From: Eubacteriales bacterium
GTDB lineage: Bacteria; Bacillota; Clostridia; Peptostreptococcales; Anaerovoracaceae
Direction: 5' to 3'
Length of the DNA stretch: 64,000 nt
Assembly: GCA_029009055.1 (NCBI GenBank)
Contig: JAQXJR010000035.1
Coordinates: 6,196 to 70,195 of the forward strand
Shown: positions 8,469-18,311 of the stretch, in pieces
Numbering within the stretch: position 1 is the stretch's first letter
Layout: each line of letters opens with the position of its first letter
The notes under the pieces: generated by a model
What the model saw: only the letters and a program-made list of their open reading frames with translations
What the model was told of the DNA's origin: nothing
Databases searched by the model: none
Position numbers and translations under genes: made by a program

Positions 8469-8509
8469 AAAAAAAGCTGCTTCGGACGGGCTCCCGCCAA
8501 AGCAGCTTT
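8469..8509 (-). terminator. Intrinsic terminator after the esterase gene
   Basis: AAGCTGCTT...AAGCAGCTT stem with a T-tract on the minus strand. Confidence 0.7.
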
Positions 8510-8534
8510 CTAATTCTAAAATATCATAATTACA

Positions 8535-9581
8535 TTAGTCTAGCGGTCCCCATAGTCCCTTCTTATCCAGGAGCAAAGCGATCTGGGATATGATCTTCTC
8601 AGCTTTACTGAACTCATACCAGTAAAGCATGAAACCGTGCATCATCCCCTCGCCCTCTATAGCGTCCACCTTATTCCCGGAGATCTTAAGCTCCTTAGTA
8701 TAAGCGGCGCCATCATCGTGGAGCGGGTCGCACTCAGCCGTCACATTAATGGTATAAGGCATATCCTCAGGCAGATCCTTAACACCAGGGTTCAGGAATG
8801 GATCCCTCTCCAGGTCTATAGCGGCCCTGCCAAGCGGCTTATAAAGCTCGCCGCAGTAATCCAGCATCTTCCTCGGAAGCACATACTCTCCTGTAGCGTA
8901 CTTCTTAACCGACTCCGAAACGTTATCCTTAACAGCGCCATATGTGCCATAGAAAAGCACCTGAGCGGAGATCTTCGGTCCGCCGACTACTGTGGTAAAT
9001 CTGGAAACAGCAGCTGAAATAGCAGCGCCGCTGGAATCTCCGGAAACCATGATCCTGTTCGGGTCTCCATTAATAGACTCAGCGTTCTCCTTCACCCATC
9101 TCAGAGCCGCAAAAGCGTCAGCAATAGCAGCAGGATAGCGGTTTTCAGGAGCCAGTCTGTAAGCGACAGAAACTACTACGCATGAGAGCTCAGTTGCCAG
9201 CTTCCTGCAGAGCGCGTCATGGCTGGCTATGTTATGCATGATGAAGCCGCCGCCGTGGAAATAGATCATCACCGGAAAACCTGTACCCTCTCCCGGAGTG
9301 TAGATCCTTATGTCCAGAGGCTCCACCCTGTCTTTCAGGATAGGATCCGCGTAGCGCCTTAAAACTTTCGCTTTGCTAAGCATAGCGCTCATTTCTTCCC
9401 TGTCTACCGGCGGCATCTCTATGGTCCTGTCCTCAGACTTATAGATCGGGATTATCTCCTTCTTATCGTTGAAGACCAGGTCCGCGCCAGCTCTCATGTC
9501 CTTATAATTAAGTGAAGGAGGATTGAAAGCCTTCTTCTCTATCTTCTCTTTATAAAATTCAGCAACTTCTGGATCAAGCAT
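8535..9581 (-). CDS. Alpha/beta hydrolase, hormone-sensitive-lipase family esterase
   Basis: HGGGF oxyanion motif, YRLAPE, GDSSG nucleophile, ECDPL and HGF. Confidence 0.88.
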   Translation of the reverse strand: MLDPEVAEFYKEKIEKKAFNPPSLNYKDMRAGADLVFNDKKEIIPIYKSEDRTIEMPPVDREEMSAMLSKAKVLRRYADPILKDRVEPLDIRIYTPGEGTGFPVMIYFHGGGFIMHNIASHDALCRKLATELSCVVVSVAYRLAPENRYPAAIADAFAALRWVKENAESINGDPNRIMVSGDSSGAAISAAVSRFTTVVGGPKISAQVLFYGTYGAVKDNVSESVKKYATGEYVLPRKMLDYCGELYKPLGRAAIDLERDPFLNPGVKDLPEDMPYTINVTAECDPLHDDGAAYTKELKISGNKVDAIEGEGMMHGFMLYWYEFSKAEKIISQIALLLDKKGLWGPLD

Positions 9582-9674
9582 ATTCCTCAGCTCCCTGTAA
9601 ATTTTTATTCAATAGTTATACAACCTTACTAATTTTACCATTCCGCGGCAGATTTACAAGGTCGAGGGGCTAAC

Positions 9675-9703
9675 TTGCAGTCGCGCTTTTTTCTATATAT
9701 AAT
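9675..9703 (+). promoter_or_regulatory. Sigma-A promoter for the GT4 gene
   Basis: TTGCAG-17 bp-TATAAT. Confidence 0.65.
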
Positions 9704-9875
9704 TTGAACGGAAACTTGAAATCGTACAGCAAATATAACACTCGGGCGCGTGCCGTTCGGCTTACACATAAGCAGCCGGAGGCAAAAGCGGCGTGTAGGC
9801 TTTGCTGGGCGGCGCTGGAACCGGGCTTAGAGAGCCGGTAAGTGCGTGAGATCGATCAGAAAGAAAGAAAAATAT

Positions 9876-11039
9876 ATGAAGATATTGATTACGACCGACT
9901 GGTATACGCCGGCTATAAACGGGGTAGTGACTTCTGTCCTCAACCTGACGAAGGGGCTCAGGGCTCTAGGCTGCGACGTGCGGATCCTGACACTCTCATA
10001 TGACAGCCACACCCATAGAGACGGCATAGTCACGTACGCGGGATCCGTGACTATGGATAAGGTATACCCGAATGCCCGGGCGCGCTTCCTGCCTTACGAT
10101 CCGGCCTTGAACGAAATAAAGAAGTGGAAGCCTGACGTAGTACACAGCCAGTGTGAATTCTCCACATACCCTATGGCGAGAAATATCGCTAAGGCTTGTA
10201 ACGCGGCCCTCGTCCACACTTATCACACCATGTATGAGGATTATTCCAAGTACCTGATACCTATAGAGAGCCTGGGCAGATCCGTAGCGGTCGGACTGAC
10301 TAAAAAGTTCCTAAAATACCCAGACCGGGTCATAGTGCCGTCGGAGAAGATAAAGAGGCTGCTGCTGAATTACGGTATAAAAACGCCTATAGATGTCGTG
10401 CCTTCTGGGCTGGATCTGGAGAAGTACGAAAAGCCGCTAAGCAGCGAGCGCAGGGCTGAGCTCAGGGCAGATTACGGGCTTAGCGCTGATGAGACCGTCC
10501 TCCTCTACCTGGGCAGGATCGCTTTCGAGAAGAACCTGGACGAGATCATAGAATATTCCATGCGATACAGCGGGAATCATAAATTCCTCATAGTCGGAGA
10601 CGGGCCTTACAGGCAGGAACTGGAACGAAAACTCAGTAAATACGGCGACAGGGTAATATTCACCGGCATGGTATCACCTAACGATGTGCCTGATTACTAC
10701 AGGCTGGGCGATATATTTTTAAGCGCGTCGCAGACTGAGACTCAGGGCCTTACGTTCTACGAGGCCATGGCGTGCGGACTGCCGCTCCTCTGTAAATGGG
10801 ACACCTGTTTGAACGGCGTCGTGGATAACGGGGTGAATGGCTACGTCTACGCTTCTGAGACGGAGTTCGCAGGCTATATGGAGAGGCTGCTTAAGGATGA
10901 CGCCCTCAGGCTGAAAATGGCCGAAGCCGCGAAGTCCACCGCTTTCAGCCGCTTTTCTTCTGAAGCTTTCGCCGCCTCAGCCATGGAGGTTTATCGGCGG
11001 GCGCTGGCAGATAAGAGCTCCGGGAAGAAAGGGAAATAG
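9876..11039 (+). CDS. Glycosyltransferase family 4 (diacylglycerol glycosyltransferase-like)
   Basis: MKILITTDWYTPAINGVVTSV, HTYHTMYEDY, GRIAFEKN and ETQGLTFYEAMACG (EX7E). Confidence 0.88.
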   Translation: MKILITTDWYTPAINGVVTSVLNLTKGLRALGCDVRILTLSYDSHTHRDGIVTYAGSVTMDKVYPNARARFLPYDPALNEIKKWKPDVVHSQCEFSTYPMARNIAKACNAALVHTYHTMYEDYSKYLIPIESLGRSVAVGLTKKFLKYPDRVIVPSEKIKRLLLNYGIKTPIDVVPSGLDLEKYEKPLSSERRAELRADYGLSADETVLLYLGRIAFEKNLDEIIEYSMRYSGNHKFLIVGDGPYRQELERKLSKYGDRVIFTGMVSPNDVPDYYRLGDIFLSASQTETQGLTFYEAMACGLPLLCKWDTCLNGVVDNGVNGYVYASETEFAGYMERLLKDDALRLKMAEAAKSTAFSRFSSEAFAASAMEVYRRALADKSSGKKGK

Positions 11040-11111
11040 ACCGGGACATTTAGGCCATTGGCCAGCACCTATTGATTTTCCTGACTTTGCCATTGAAATC
11101 AAATCATATGA

Positions 11112-11158
11112 AGCCGCTTCGAAGGTCAGATTAGACCTTTCGGGGCGGCTATTTTGTT
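11112..11158 (+). terminator. Intrinsic terminator
   Basis: AGCCGCTTCGAAGGTC-AGATTA-GACCTTTCGGGGCGGCT-ATTTTGTTT. Confidence 0.7.
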
Positions 11159-11253
11159 TGCGTCAGCGCGATGCAGTCGCACAGTAATGGAATAATTAAC
11201 ATATCCATCACATTTCAGCGCTATAATAGTTAAATTACTAATTTGGAGCTGAA

Positions 11254-12399
11254 ATGACCATGCATATGAAAATAGATAAAAAAAAACTCATTATTAAGAT
11301 TTTTATAGTCATCGCTGTATTCATCGGCGTGAGTCTCGCTATTTCCAATGACTACAGCCTTTATAGCCATGACATCGGTAAGATAACAGACGTCAGCGAG
11401 AAGTTCGCCTACGAACACACCAATCAGAACGTGAGCGGCAGGACTTACACAGAGAAGTTCTATACCCAGACCATGACCGCCGTCTTGAAAAACGGCGATC
11501 ATAAGGGACAGAAGGTCACCCTTAAGAACACATACGGTAAATCGCAAGTATACGATACGAAGTATTTCAAGGGTGAATCCATATTCATAGATAATATCAA
11601 AGCCAGCTCGGGCGGGCTCTACGGGTCTCCCGCCGGAGTGAAGAGAGACTGGGTCATAGCCTCAGTTACGGCTTTGCTGCTGGCCCTATTCCTGGTCATC
11701 GGCGGAAAGGAAGGAGCCCTGACCATACTCAGCCTCGGCCTCAACATGGTCGCCTTCTACTTCGTCCTGAAAGAATACACCCGTGGGCATAACATACTCT
11801 ACATGACCATACCTATGGTGATACTGTTCACCTGGCTCCTCCTGTTCTTCATGTACGGCAGGCACGAGAAGACATACCTGTCATTCGTCTCCACTCTGAT
11901 AACCATAATGGCGGCGGCTCTCATAGCGACGGTGGCCATGCGTTTCAGCGGCCGGATAGATTTCGACTTCATGGACTACCTGAACCAGCCGTACGACCAA
12001 GACGACGCGACGCTGATATTCCTATCCGAGCTCATCATAGGCTGCCTGGGAGCGGTCATGGACGTGGTCGTCACCATAGTTTCGACGGTCGCGGAGATCA
12101 CGAAGACAGCCGACCCTGACGCCCTCACATGGAAAAACGTGCTTAATTCATGCCGTGCCGTGGGCGATGACGTGCTCGGGACCATGATCTCGCTCATGCT
12201 CTTTACGAACATAGCCGCGGACATTCCGGCCTTCATCCTCTACATGAGAAACGGGGTAGCCATCATGACCATCCTCCGCTATAACGTGTTTTTCGAGCTA
12301 GCCAGGTTCCTGTCCGGCTCCATAGGCTGCGTCCTGTCCATACCCATCGCCTCCGCCGTCGCCCTGCTCTACTACAGGAGAAAGAAGGTGATAGCATGA
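11254..12399 (+). CDS. YibE/F family membrane protein (long copy)
   Basis: N-terminal TM, soluble beta domain, then multiple TMs with IIGCLGAVMDVVVTI and GDDVLGTMISLMLF. Confidence 0.8.
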   Translation: MTMHMKIDKKKLIIKIFIVIAVFIGVSLAISNDYSLYSHDIGKITDVSEKFAYEHTNQNVSGRTYTEKFYTQTMTAVLKNGDHKGQKVTLKNTYGKSQVYDTKYFKGESIFIDNIKASSGGLYGSPAGVKRDWVIASVTALLLALFLVIGGKEGALTILSLGLNMVAFYFVLKEYTRGHNILYMTIPMVILFTWLLLFFMYGRHEKTYLSFVSTLITIMAAALIATVAMRFSGRIDFDFMDYLNQPYDQDDATLIFLSELIIGCLGAVMDVVVTIVSTVAEITKTADPDALTWKNVLNSCRAVGDDVLGTMISLMLFTNIAADIPAFILYMRNGVAIMTILRYNVFFELARFLSGSIGCVLSIPIASAVALLYYRRKKVIA

Positions 12400-13184
12400 T
12401 GCTCGCCATATTATCAGCCGCGCTCTTCGCGCTCATCCTGATTTTCTGCGGTAATAAAGGAGCAAAGTCCATCGCCACCACCTGCATTAATGGTGCTTTC
12501 CTGCTAGGCATGCTGGCTGTCATAAACATGGGCGTCCCGCCTTTCATAGTTACGCTGGCCAGCGGGGTCATCCTTACATCTATCACCCTCTTCTACCAGA
12601 ACGAGGTGAACATAAAATCGAAGGTCTCATTCCTGTCGGTGCTCGCCGTGCTCCTGATCGTGCTCCCATTGGTATTCTGGCTTATCCGCAGCGCTAACGC
12701 CGGCGGCTTCAACAGTGAGCAGTACGAGATCACGGACGCTAACGGATACTCCCGGAACATAGGCATAAGCATGCCCGCCCTGGAGGCATGCGTCATGATA
12801 ATCGCTTTGCTCGGTACCCTGATAGACACCAGCATAGCCATATCGTCAGCCATATATGAGATCCGGGCGAATAACAGCCGCATCCCGCTCGCAGACCTGA
12901 TGAAGTCGGCATTCACCGTGGGTAAGGACGTGCTGAACACCTCGATCCACACGATTTTTTACATATACGTGGCCGAATACATGACCTTGATGATCCAATA
13001 CATAACGGATTATTCGTTTTCCTACGTGATAAATTCGAAATCACTGGCCGGAGAATTCGTGTCCGTGTCCCTGTCCGGAATCGGCTGCTGCCTTATCGTA
13101 CCGGTCACAGCGCTCCTCGGCAGCATACTCATTAAAGGAAGCGACACATCCGACGCTGAGCGTACCGAAGCTAGGGATGTTTGA
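12396..13184 (+). CDS. YibE/F family membrane protein (short copy)
   Basis: ATGA overlap with the upstream gene. LGTLIDTSIAISS and GKDVLNTSIHTIFY. Confidence 0.8.
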   Translation: MMLAILSAALFALILIFCGNKGAKSIATTCINGAFLLGMLAVINMGVPPFIVTLASGVILTSITLFYQNEVNIKSKVSFLSVLAVLLIVLPLVFWLIRSANAGGFNSEQYEITDANGYSRNIGISMPALEACVMIIALLGTLIDTSIAISSAIYEIRANNSRIPLADLMKSAFTVGKDVLNTSIHTIFYIYVAEYMTLMIQYITDYSFSYVINSKSLAGEFVSVSLSGIGCCLIVPVTALLGSILIKGSDTSDAERTEARDV

Positions 13185-13301
13185 GATATTGAGCAAATCC
13201 GCCCTATGTGTTAAAATTTCTAATTATACCGTTTATTCAAACTCTTCAAGGCAAGTGGCTCTGTCGGTCCTCGGCATGAGCGCATATGAAAGTGAGATAT
13301 T

Positions 13302-14132
13302 ATGAGTGAATTACAGGGACTGGATCCGAACGCCAACTTCGACTCTGGCACGGATACCTCAGTTAACGCCGACGCGAACGCTAATGTAAGTTTCGGTTTA
13401 GATAATACTATGAGCACAGACCCCGCTGATAACTCCTATCAGCCGGGAACGAACTTCGAAGCGGATTTCAATATAGACGAGACCATGAAGTCTGTCGAAG
13501 AAACAGCCGATAAGGCTGCCCGCGAGGCTGAGAAGGCTGCCGCTGCTTATTCCAACCAGAACGCGGAGAATTCCGGTTTTACTACCCGCCCAACCGATGC
13601 CGGTCAGAACGATCAGTTTAGTTACCAGTCCGACCAGGGCTACCAGACCGGCCAGAATTACCAGGCAGGTCAGACTCAGACCTCTGACTACAACTGGCAG
13701 AATAATTCAAACAGCCAGAATTATCAGAACAGCCAGAATTACGGCGGTCAGGGTCAAGCCGCTGACTATAACTGGCAGGACAACCAGAACGGACAATACT
13801 ATGGTGGCCAGAATTATAGCGGCCAGGGTTACCAGGACGGAGGATACGGAAACCCTCAGGATATGGATCCATTCCCACCGGGCGCTAAGATCGTCACCAT
13901 GGAGAAGAACCTCCACACATGGCTCTTCGCCTTCCTCTTAGGAGCATTCGGCGTCGACCGCTTTATCAGAGGTCAGATTGGCTTAGGAATCGCTAAGCTC
14001 CTACTTAACTGGGGCACATTCGGAATTTGGGCGCTGGTCGACTGGATCATCGCTATAGTAGAAGCTTATAGTAAAGATCACTTCGGAAATGACAGAGATT
14101 TCGTCTTCATAGACGGTAAATACGCGAAATAG
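13302..14132 (+). CDS. TM2 domain protein with a long Q/N/Y/G-rich low-complexity N-terminus
   Basis: C-terminal TM2 signature WLFAFLLGAFGVDRFIRGQIGLGIAKLLLNWGTFGIWALVDWI. Confidence 0.8.
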   Translation: MSELQGLDPNANFDSGTDTSVNADANANVSFGLDNTMSTDPADNSYQPGTNFEADFNIDETMKSVEETADKAAREAEKAAAAYSNQNAENSGFTTRPTDAGQNDQFSYQSDQGYQTGQNYQAGQTQTSDYNWQNNSNSQNYQNSQNYGGQGQAADYNWQDNQNGQYYGGQNYSGQGYQDGGYGNPQDMDPFPPGAKIVTMEKNLHTWLFAFLLGAFGVDRFIRGQIGLGIAKLLLNWGTFGIWALVDWIIAIVEAYSKDHFGNDRDFVFIDGKYAK

Positions 14133-14136
14133 TATT

Positions 14137-14186
14137 AAAATGGCAGCTCCATAAAGCCTGATACCGGCTTATGGAGCTGCCATTTT
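14137..14186. terminator. Bidirectional intrinsic terminator
   Basis: AAAATGGCAGCTCCATAA / TTATGGAGCTGCCATTTT perfect 18-bp arms between convergent genes. Confidence 0.85.
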
Positions 14187-14193
14187 CAATCGG

Positions 14194-15675
14194 TTATCTT
14201 CCGCTCTTCGTCCTCTCTATGCAGTCTTTCCAGCCCGCGTAGAGCCTTTCTCTCTCGTCAGCTTCCATAGCCGGCTCGAACACCCTGTTTATTACCCTGG
14301 ACTCCCTGATGACCTCCTTAGAATCCCAGACGCCAGTAGCCAGACCAGCCAGATAAGCCGCGCCCATGGCCGTCGTTTCCAGGATCTTCGGCCTCTTAAC
14401 AGACACATTAGCTATGTTTGCCTGGAACTGCATGAGGAAATTATTAGCTGAAGCGCCTCCGTCCACTCTGAGTCCGGCGATCTCCAGGCCTGTGTCAGCT
14501 TTCATGGCACGGAGGACATCTGTACTCTGATAAGCTATGGATTCGAGAGAAGCCCTGATGAGCTCATTTCTCCCGGTCCCGCGGGTAAGACCGTAAATAG
14601 CTCCGCGGGCGTCCATATCCCAGTAAGGAGCGCCTAAGCCAGTGAAAGCCGGCACTATGTAAACACCGCCTGTATCCTTACACTTAGTGGCGAAATACTC
14701 GCTGTCAGAGCTTTCCCTTATGAGTCCCAGCTCATCTCTGATCCACTGGATGATAGCGCCTCCAATGAACACACTTCCCTCCAGGCAGTACTGGACCTCA
14801 TCGCCCAATTTAACAGCTATGGTCGTAGCCAAGCCATTAGAACTTAGCGGCGCCTCCTTTCCGGTATTCATCAGCATGAAGCAGCCAGTGCCGTATGTAT
14901 TCTTAACTTCGCCCGGCTCGAAACATGCCTGCCCGAAGAGGGCGGACTGCTGGTCTCCCGCGGCGCCCGCTATAGGAACCTCTACGCCGCTTATATTCAC
15001 GTAGCCGTAGATCTCGCTGCAGCCCCTGACTTCAGGAAGCATGCACTCAGGAATGTTGAGGGCTTTCAGTATATCCTGATCCCACTTCATATCGTGGATG
15101 TTATACATCATGGTCCTGGCCGCGTTAGTCGCGTCCGTCACGTGAGCCGCGCCGTTAGTCAGCTTCCAGATGAGCCAGCTATCTATGGTACCGAACAGGA
15201 GCCCACCCTTCTCAGCTCTCTCCTGAGCGCCTTCTACGTTATCCAGTATCCAGCGCAGCTTAGTAGCTGAATAATAAGCGTCAGGCAATAGGCCCGTCTT
15301 CTTCTGAATAGTCTCAGCTGGGATCTTCTTAACGAGCTCCCTGGCTATATCCACACTCCTGCGGCACTGCCAGACTATGGCGTTATAAATAGGCTTTCCG
15401 GTCTTTTTCTCCCATACGACTGTCGTTTCGCGCTGGTTGGTGATGCCGATCCCGGCTATATCGCTGATATCCACACCGCTTCTGAGTATGGCTTCTGTCA
15501 TGACTCCGTACTGAGTACTGTAAATCTCTACCGGATCATGCTCCACCCAGCCCGGCTTAGGAAAGTGCTGCTGGAATTCGCTTTGCGCGAGTCCCACTAT
15601 ATTCTGCTCATTATCGAAAACTATGGCTCTGCAGCTGGTAGTTCCCTCATCGAGGGCGACAATATACTTCTTCAT
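14194..15675 (-). CDS. glpK: Glycerol kinase
   Basis: [51 protein letters not shown] and [10 protein letters not shown]. Confidence 0.95.
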   Translation of the reverse strand: MKKYIVALDEGTTSCRAIVFDNEQNIVGLAQSEFQQHFPKPGWVEHDPVEIYSTQYGVMTEAILRSGVDISDIAGIGITNQRETTVVWEKKTGKPIYNAIVWQCRRSVDIARELVKKIPAETIQKKTGLLPDAYYSATKLRWILDNVEGAQERAEKGGLLFGTIDSWLIWKLTNGAAHVTDATNAARTMMYNIHDMKWDQDILKALNIPECMLPEVRGCSEIYGYVNISGVEVPIAGAAGDQQSALFGQACFEPGEVKNTYGTGCFMLMNTGKEAPLSSNGLATTIAVKLGDEVQYCLEGSVFIGGAIIQWIRDELGLIRESSDSEYFATKCKDTGGVYIVPAFTGLGAPYWDMDARGAIYGLTRGTGRNELIRASLESIAYQSTDVLRAMKADTGLEIAGLRVDGGASANNFLMQFQANIANVSVKRPKILETTAMGAAYLAGLATGVWDSKEVIRESRVINRVFEPAMEADERERLYAGWKDCIERTKSGR

Positions 15676-15676
15676 A

Positions 15677-16633
15677 TCATTCCTCCCCGGCCCCAGAAGC
15701 CGCCTGGATCCTGTCGTTCATCCAGTCTTCTATGAACGTGAATACCTCTTCCTTATCGAGCTCATTATGGATCTCGTGCCTGTCATCAGGCCATATCTGG
15801 CAGGTCACATCCTGCTGGCCGGCTGAGATCAGCTTAGAGAACACCTTCCTCACTCCCTCGCCGTAATTTCCCACAGGGTCCATGCCGCCGGCTACGAGAA
15901 GAACAGGCAGGGTCTTATCCAGGTCGTCGAACCACTTCTGCTCGCTAACCTTGCAAAGCACTGTCAGCATGTCCCTATAGGCGCTGGCTGTGAACGGAAA
16001 TCCGCATCTCATGTCCTTCTTATAGTCTACGCAGACCTGGTCGTCCCTGGAAAGCCAGGCGTTAGCGTTCACCGGATTCTCTATCTTATCCAAGTAGTGG
16101 CCCATATTCGCCTTCACGATGACCCGGCTTATGTACCCCGGTCCCTTCACCGCCGCTATGACCTGAGCCATCTTCTTCCCAACTCCGTTTACAGTGGACG
16201 GTCCCGCCGTTCCTGATATCACAGCCGCCTTAATGGTGTCTGACCAGACATAAGCGTAAAGCCTAGCGAAGAAGCTTCCCATGCTGTGTCCGTACAGGAT
16301 CACCGGTACGTCCGGCCATTCCTCATGTATATTCTTATTCATGGCGCGAAGGTCGTGGAGGACATACTTCCAGCCGTCCTGAGCCGCGAAGAAGCCGAAA
16401 TGCCCCTGGGCGCTCCTTCCGTGCCCCAGATGATCGTTACCGGCGACAGCGTACCCCCGAGCGACGTACCAGTCTATCATAGGCTCGTAGCGCTCTATGT
16501 ACTCTGACATGCCGTGGACGAGCTGTATCACCGCTTTCGGCTCCTTATCAGGGTCGCGGTAGTAGTAAGAGCTTATCATGTGTTCCCCGTCATCAGACAG
16601 GAATGTCCTGGTCCCCTTCTGAAAATGAGCCAT
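15677..16633 (-). CDS. Lysophospholipase / monoacylglycerol lipase family alpha/beta hydrolase
   Basis: [29 protein letters not shown] and RHEIHNE. Confidence 0.85.
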   Translation of the reverse strand: MAHFQKGTRTFLSDDGEHMISSYYYRDPDKEPKAVIQLVHGMSEYIERYEPMIDWYVARGYAVAGNDHLGHGRSAQGHFGFFAAQDGWKYVLHDLRAMNKNIHEEWPDVPVILYGHSMGSFFARLYAYVWSDTIKAAVISGTAGPSTVNGVGKKMAQVIAAVKGPGYISRVIVKANMGHYLDKIENPVNANAWLSRDDQVCVDYKKDMRCGFPFTASAYRDMLTVLCKVSEQKWFDDLDKTLPVLLVAGGMDPVGNYGEGVRKVFSKLISAGQQDVTCQIWPDDRHEIHNELDKEEVFTFIEDWMNDRIQAASGAGEE

Positions 16634-16712
16634 AAATTACTCCTTTTCTCATTTAGCAAAGCGTTTCTTTATAGTCATAACTAATATCTCGGCGCCGCCT
16701 CGGGCGCCCCAT

Positions 16713-16761
16713 AAAAAAGCAAAGGCGCTCAGGGAGAAATACCATATCTGCCCTTTGCGCC
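16713..16761 (-). terminator. Intrinsic terminator after the NSS transporter gene
   Basis: Minus strand GGCGCAAAGGG...CCCTGAGCGCC-TTTGCTTTTTT. Confidence 0.6.
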
Positions 16762-16829
16762 ATTTACCCCATAAATATAATTATGCCATCAAATCGATTT
16801 ATGTCCATATGCATAAATCGAAAAATGTT

Positions 16830-18224
16830 CTACCAGAATTCCCTTATCTGTCCGTAAATTATCAGGATCATGAAGATAGGTCCGACCCATTTAATGCAGA
16901 AGTCAAACATCTTCCTAGTCTTAAACTGACTGCTGATCGTGACTTCATCATCCAGGCAGTGCGGCACGACCCATCCGACCAATATAGCCATGATAAGGCC
17001 GGTTATCGGCATCAGCAGACCCTCTGCCACGCAGTCCCAGACGTTAAGCACGCTGGTCTGACCGAAGATGTGGAACCAGGCTACAGCCTTAGAAGCTCCC
17101 ATCTGGTCAGCGGAAGTAAGGTAATTTCCTATCCAGGCGAAAGCCGTGAACACTATGGTCCAGAACGGTCTGTTCCCGCTCTTACCTTTATTCTCCCTTC
17201 CGGCGATAATGGATGAGATGCCGGCTTCCATCATTCCAATCGAGCTGGAAAGCACAGCCAGGAATACCAGTACCCAGAACATGAGCTGGAAGAGCCTGCC
17301 CGCGAATCCCATAGAGCTGAACACGCCTGTCATAGATACGAACAGGAGTCCAGGGCCCGCCGATGGCTCCATGCCGAAGGCGAATACAGCCGGCATGATA
17401 GCTACAGCAGCGAGGACAGCGGCCAGAGTATCGCCGAACGTTACGATCAAAGCGTCCTTCTCCAGGTCGTGTTCCTTATCCAGATATGAACCATATGTTA
17501 TGATAGCCGCCGACGAAAGCGACAGGGAGAAGAACATCTGTCCTCCTGCCAGGCAGAGTATATCCAGGAATTTCTTCGGGCTCTCCCAGCCTGAAATGTC
17601 AGGCTTGAACAGGAAGGCCAGGCCCCCTGAAGCTCCCTTCAGCATGCATGACCTTATGGCCATGATGACCAGCATCACGAACAGGACCGGCAGAGCGATC
17701 TTACAGAAATTCTCTATTCCTTTCTGCACACCGGCGAATACTATGACCATGGTGAGAAGCAGGAAGATAGTCATCCACAGGACCGCCGTCTTCGTATTTC
17801 CCATGATAGAACCGAAATAGCCGGCTGGGTCCGCTGTGAGTATCTCGGCGTTACTATCGAAAACAGCCTGTATAGAAGCTATGAGATACTTAGTTATAAA
17901 GCCGCCGAACGTGCAGTAGAAGCACATGAGCAGCCAAGGCACAGCCGTCTGCAGCACGCCGTTGAACTTAAATCTATGGTCAACCGTGTTATACGCTTCG
18001 ATCGTAGCCTTCTGAGTCTTCCTGCCCAGCGCCATCTCCGAAAGCACGAGCGGGTAGCCGACCAGAACCGCCATGATCAGATACAGGATGAGGAAGCCGA
18101 ATCCCCCTCCTATACCTATCTTATAAGGGAAAGACCAAAGGTTCCCTAAGCCTACCGCCGCGCCCAGCGTCGCCATCAGGAAACCGAAATTGGACTTAAA
18201 GCCCTTCTTCTTACCATCTTCCAT
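16830..18224 (-). CDS. Sodium-dependent transporter, neurotransmitter:sodium symporter (NSS) family
   Basis: GAAVGLGNLWSFPY, EMALGR, GQMFFSLSL, YGSYL and GPGLLF. Confidence 0.92.
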   Translation of the reverse strand: MEDGKKKGFKSNFGFLMATLGAAVGLGNLWSFPYKIGIGGGFGFLILYLIMAVLVGYPLVLSEMALGRKTQKATIEAYNTVDHRFKFNGVLQTAVPWLLMCFYCTFGGFITKYLIASIQAVFDSNAEILTADPAGYFGSIMGNTKTAVLWMTIFLLLTMVIVFAGVQKGIENFCKIALPVLFVMLVIMAIRSCMLKGASGGLAFLFKPDISGWESPKKFLDILCLAGGQMFFSLSLSSAAIITYGSYLDKEHDLEKDALIVTFGDTLAAVLAAVAIMPAVFAFGMEPSAGPGLLFVSMTGVFSSMGFAGRLFQLMFWVLVFLAVLSSSIGMMEAGISSIIAGRENKGKSGNRPFWTIVFTAFAWIGNYLTSADQMGASKAVAWFHIFGQTSVLNVWDCVAEGLLMPITGLIMAILVGWVVPHCLDDEVTISSQFKTRKMFDFCIKWVGPIFMILIIYGQIREFW

Positions 18225-18311
18225 TCCTTAGATCCTCCAAACACCAATACATCCTAAAATACATAGTGATGATTTTATCACTTTATCAGTATAAAGTCAC
18301 TAGCAAAGTCA

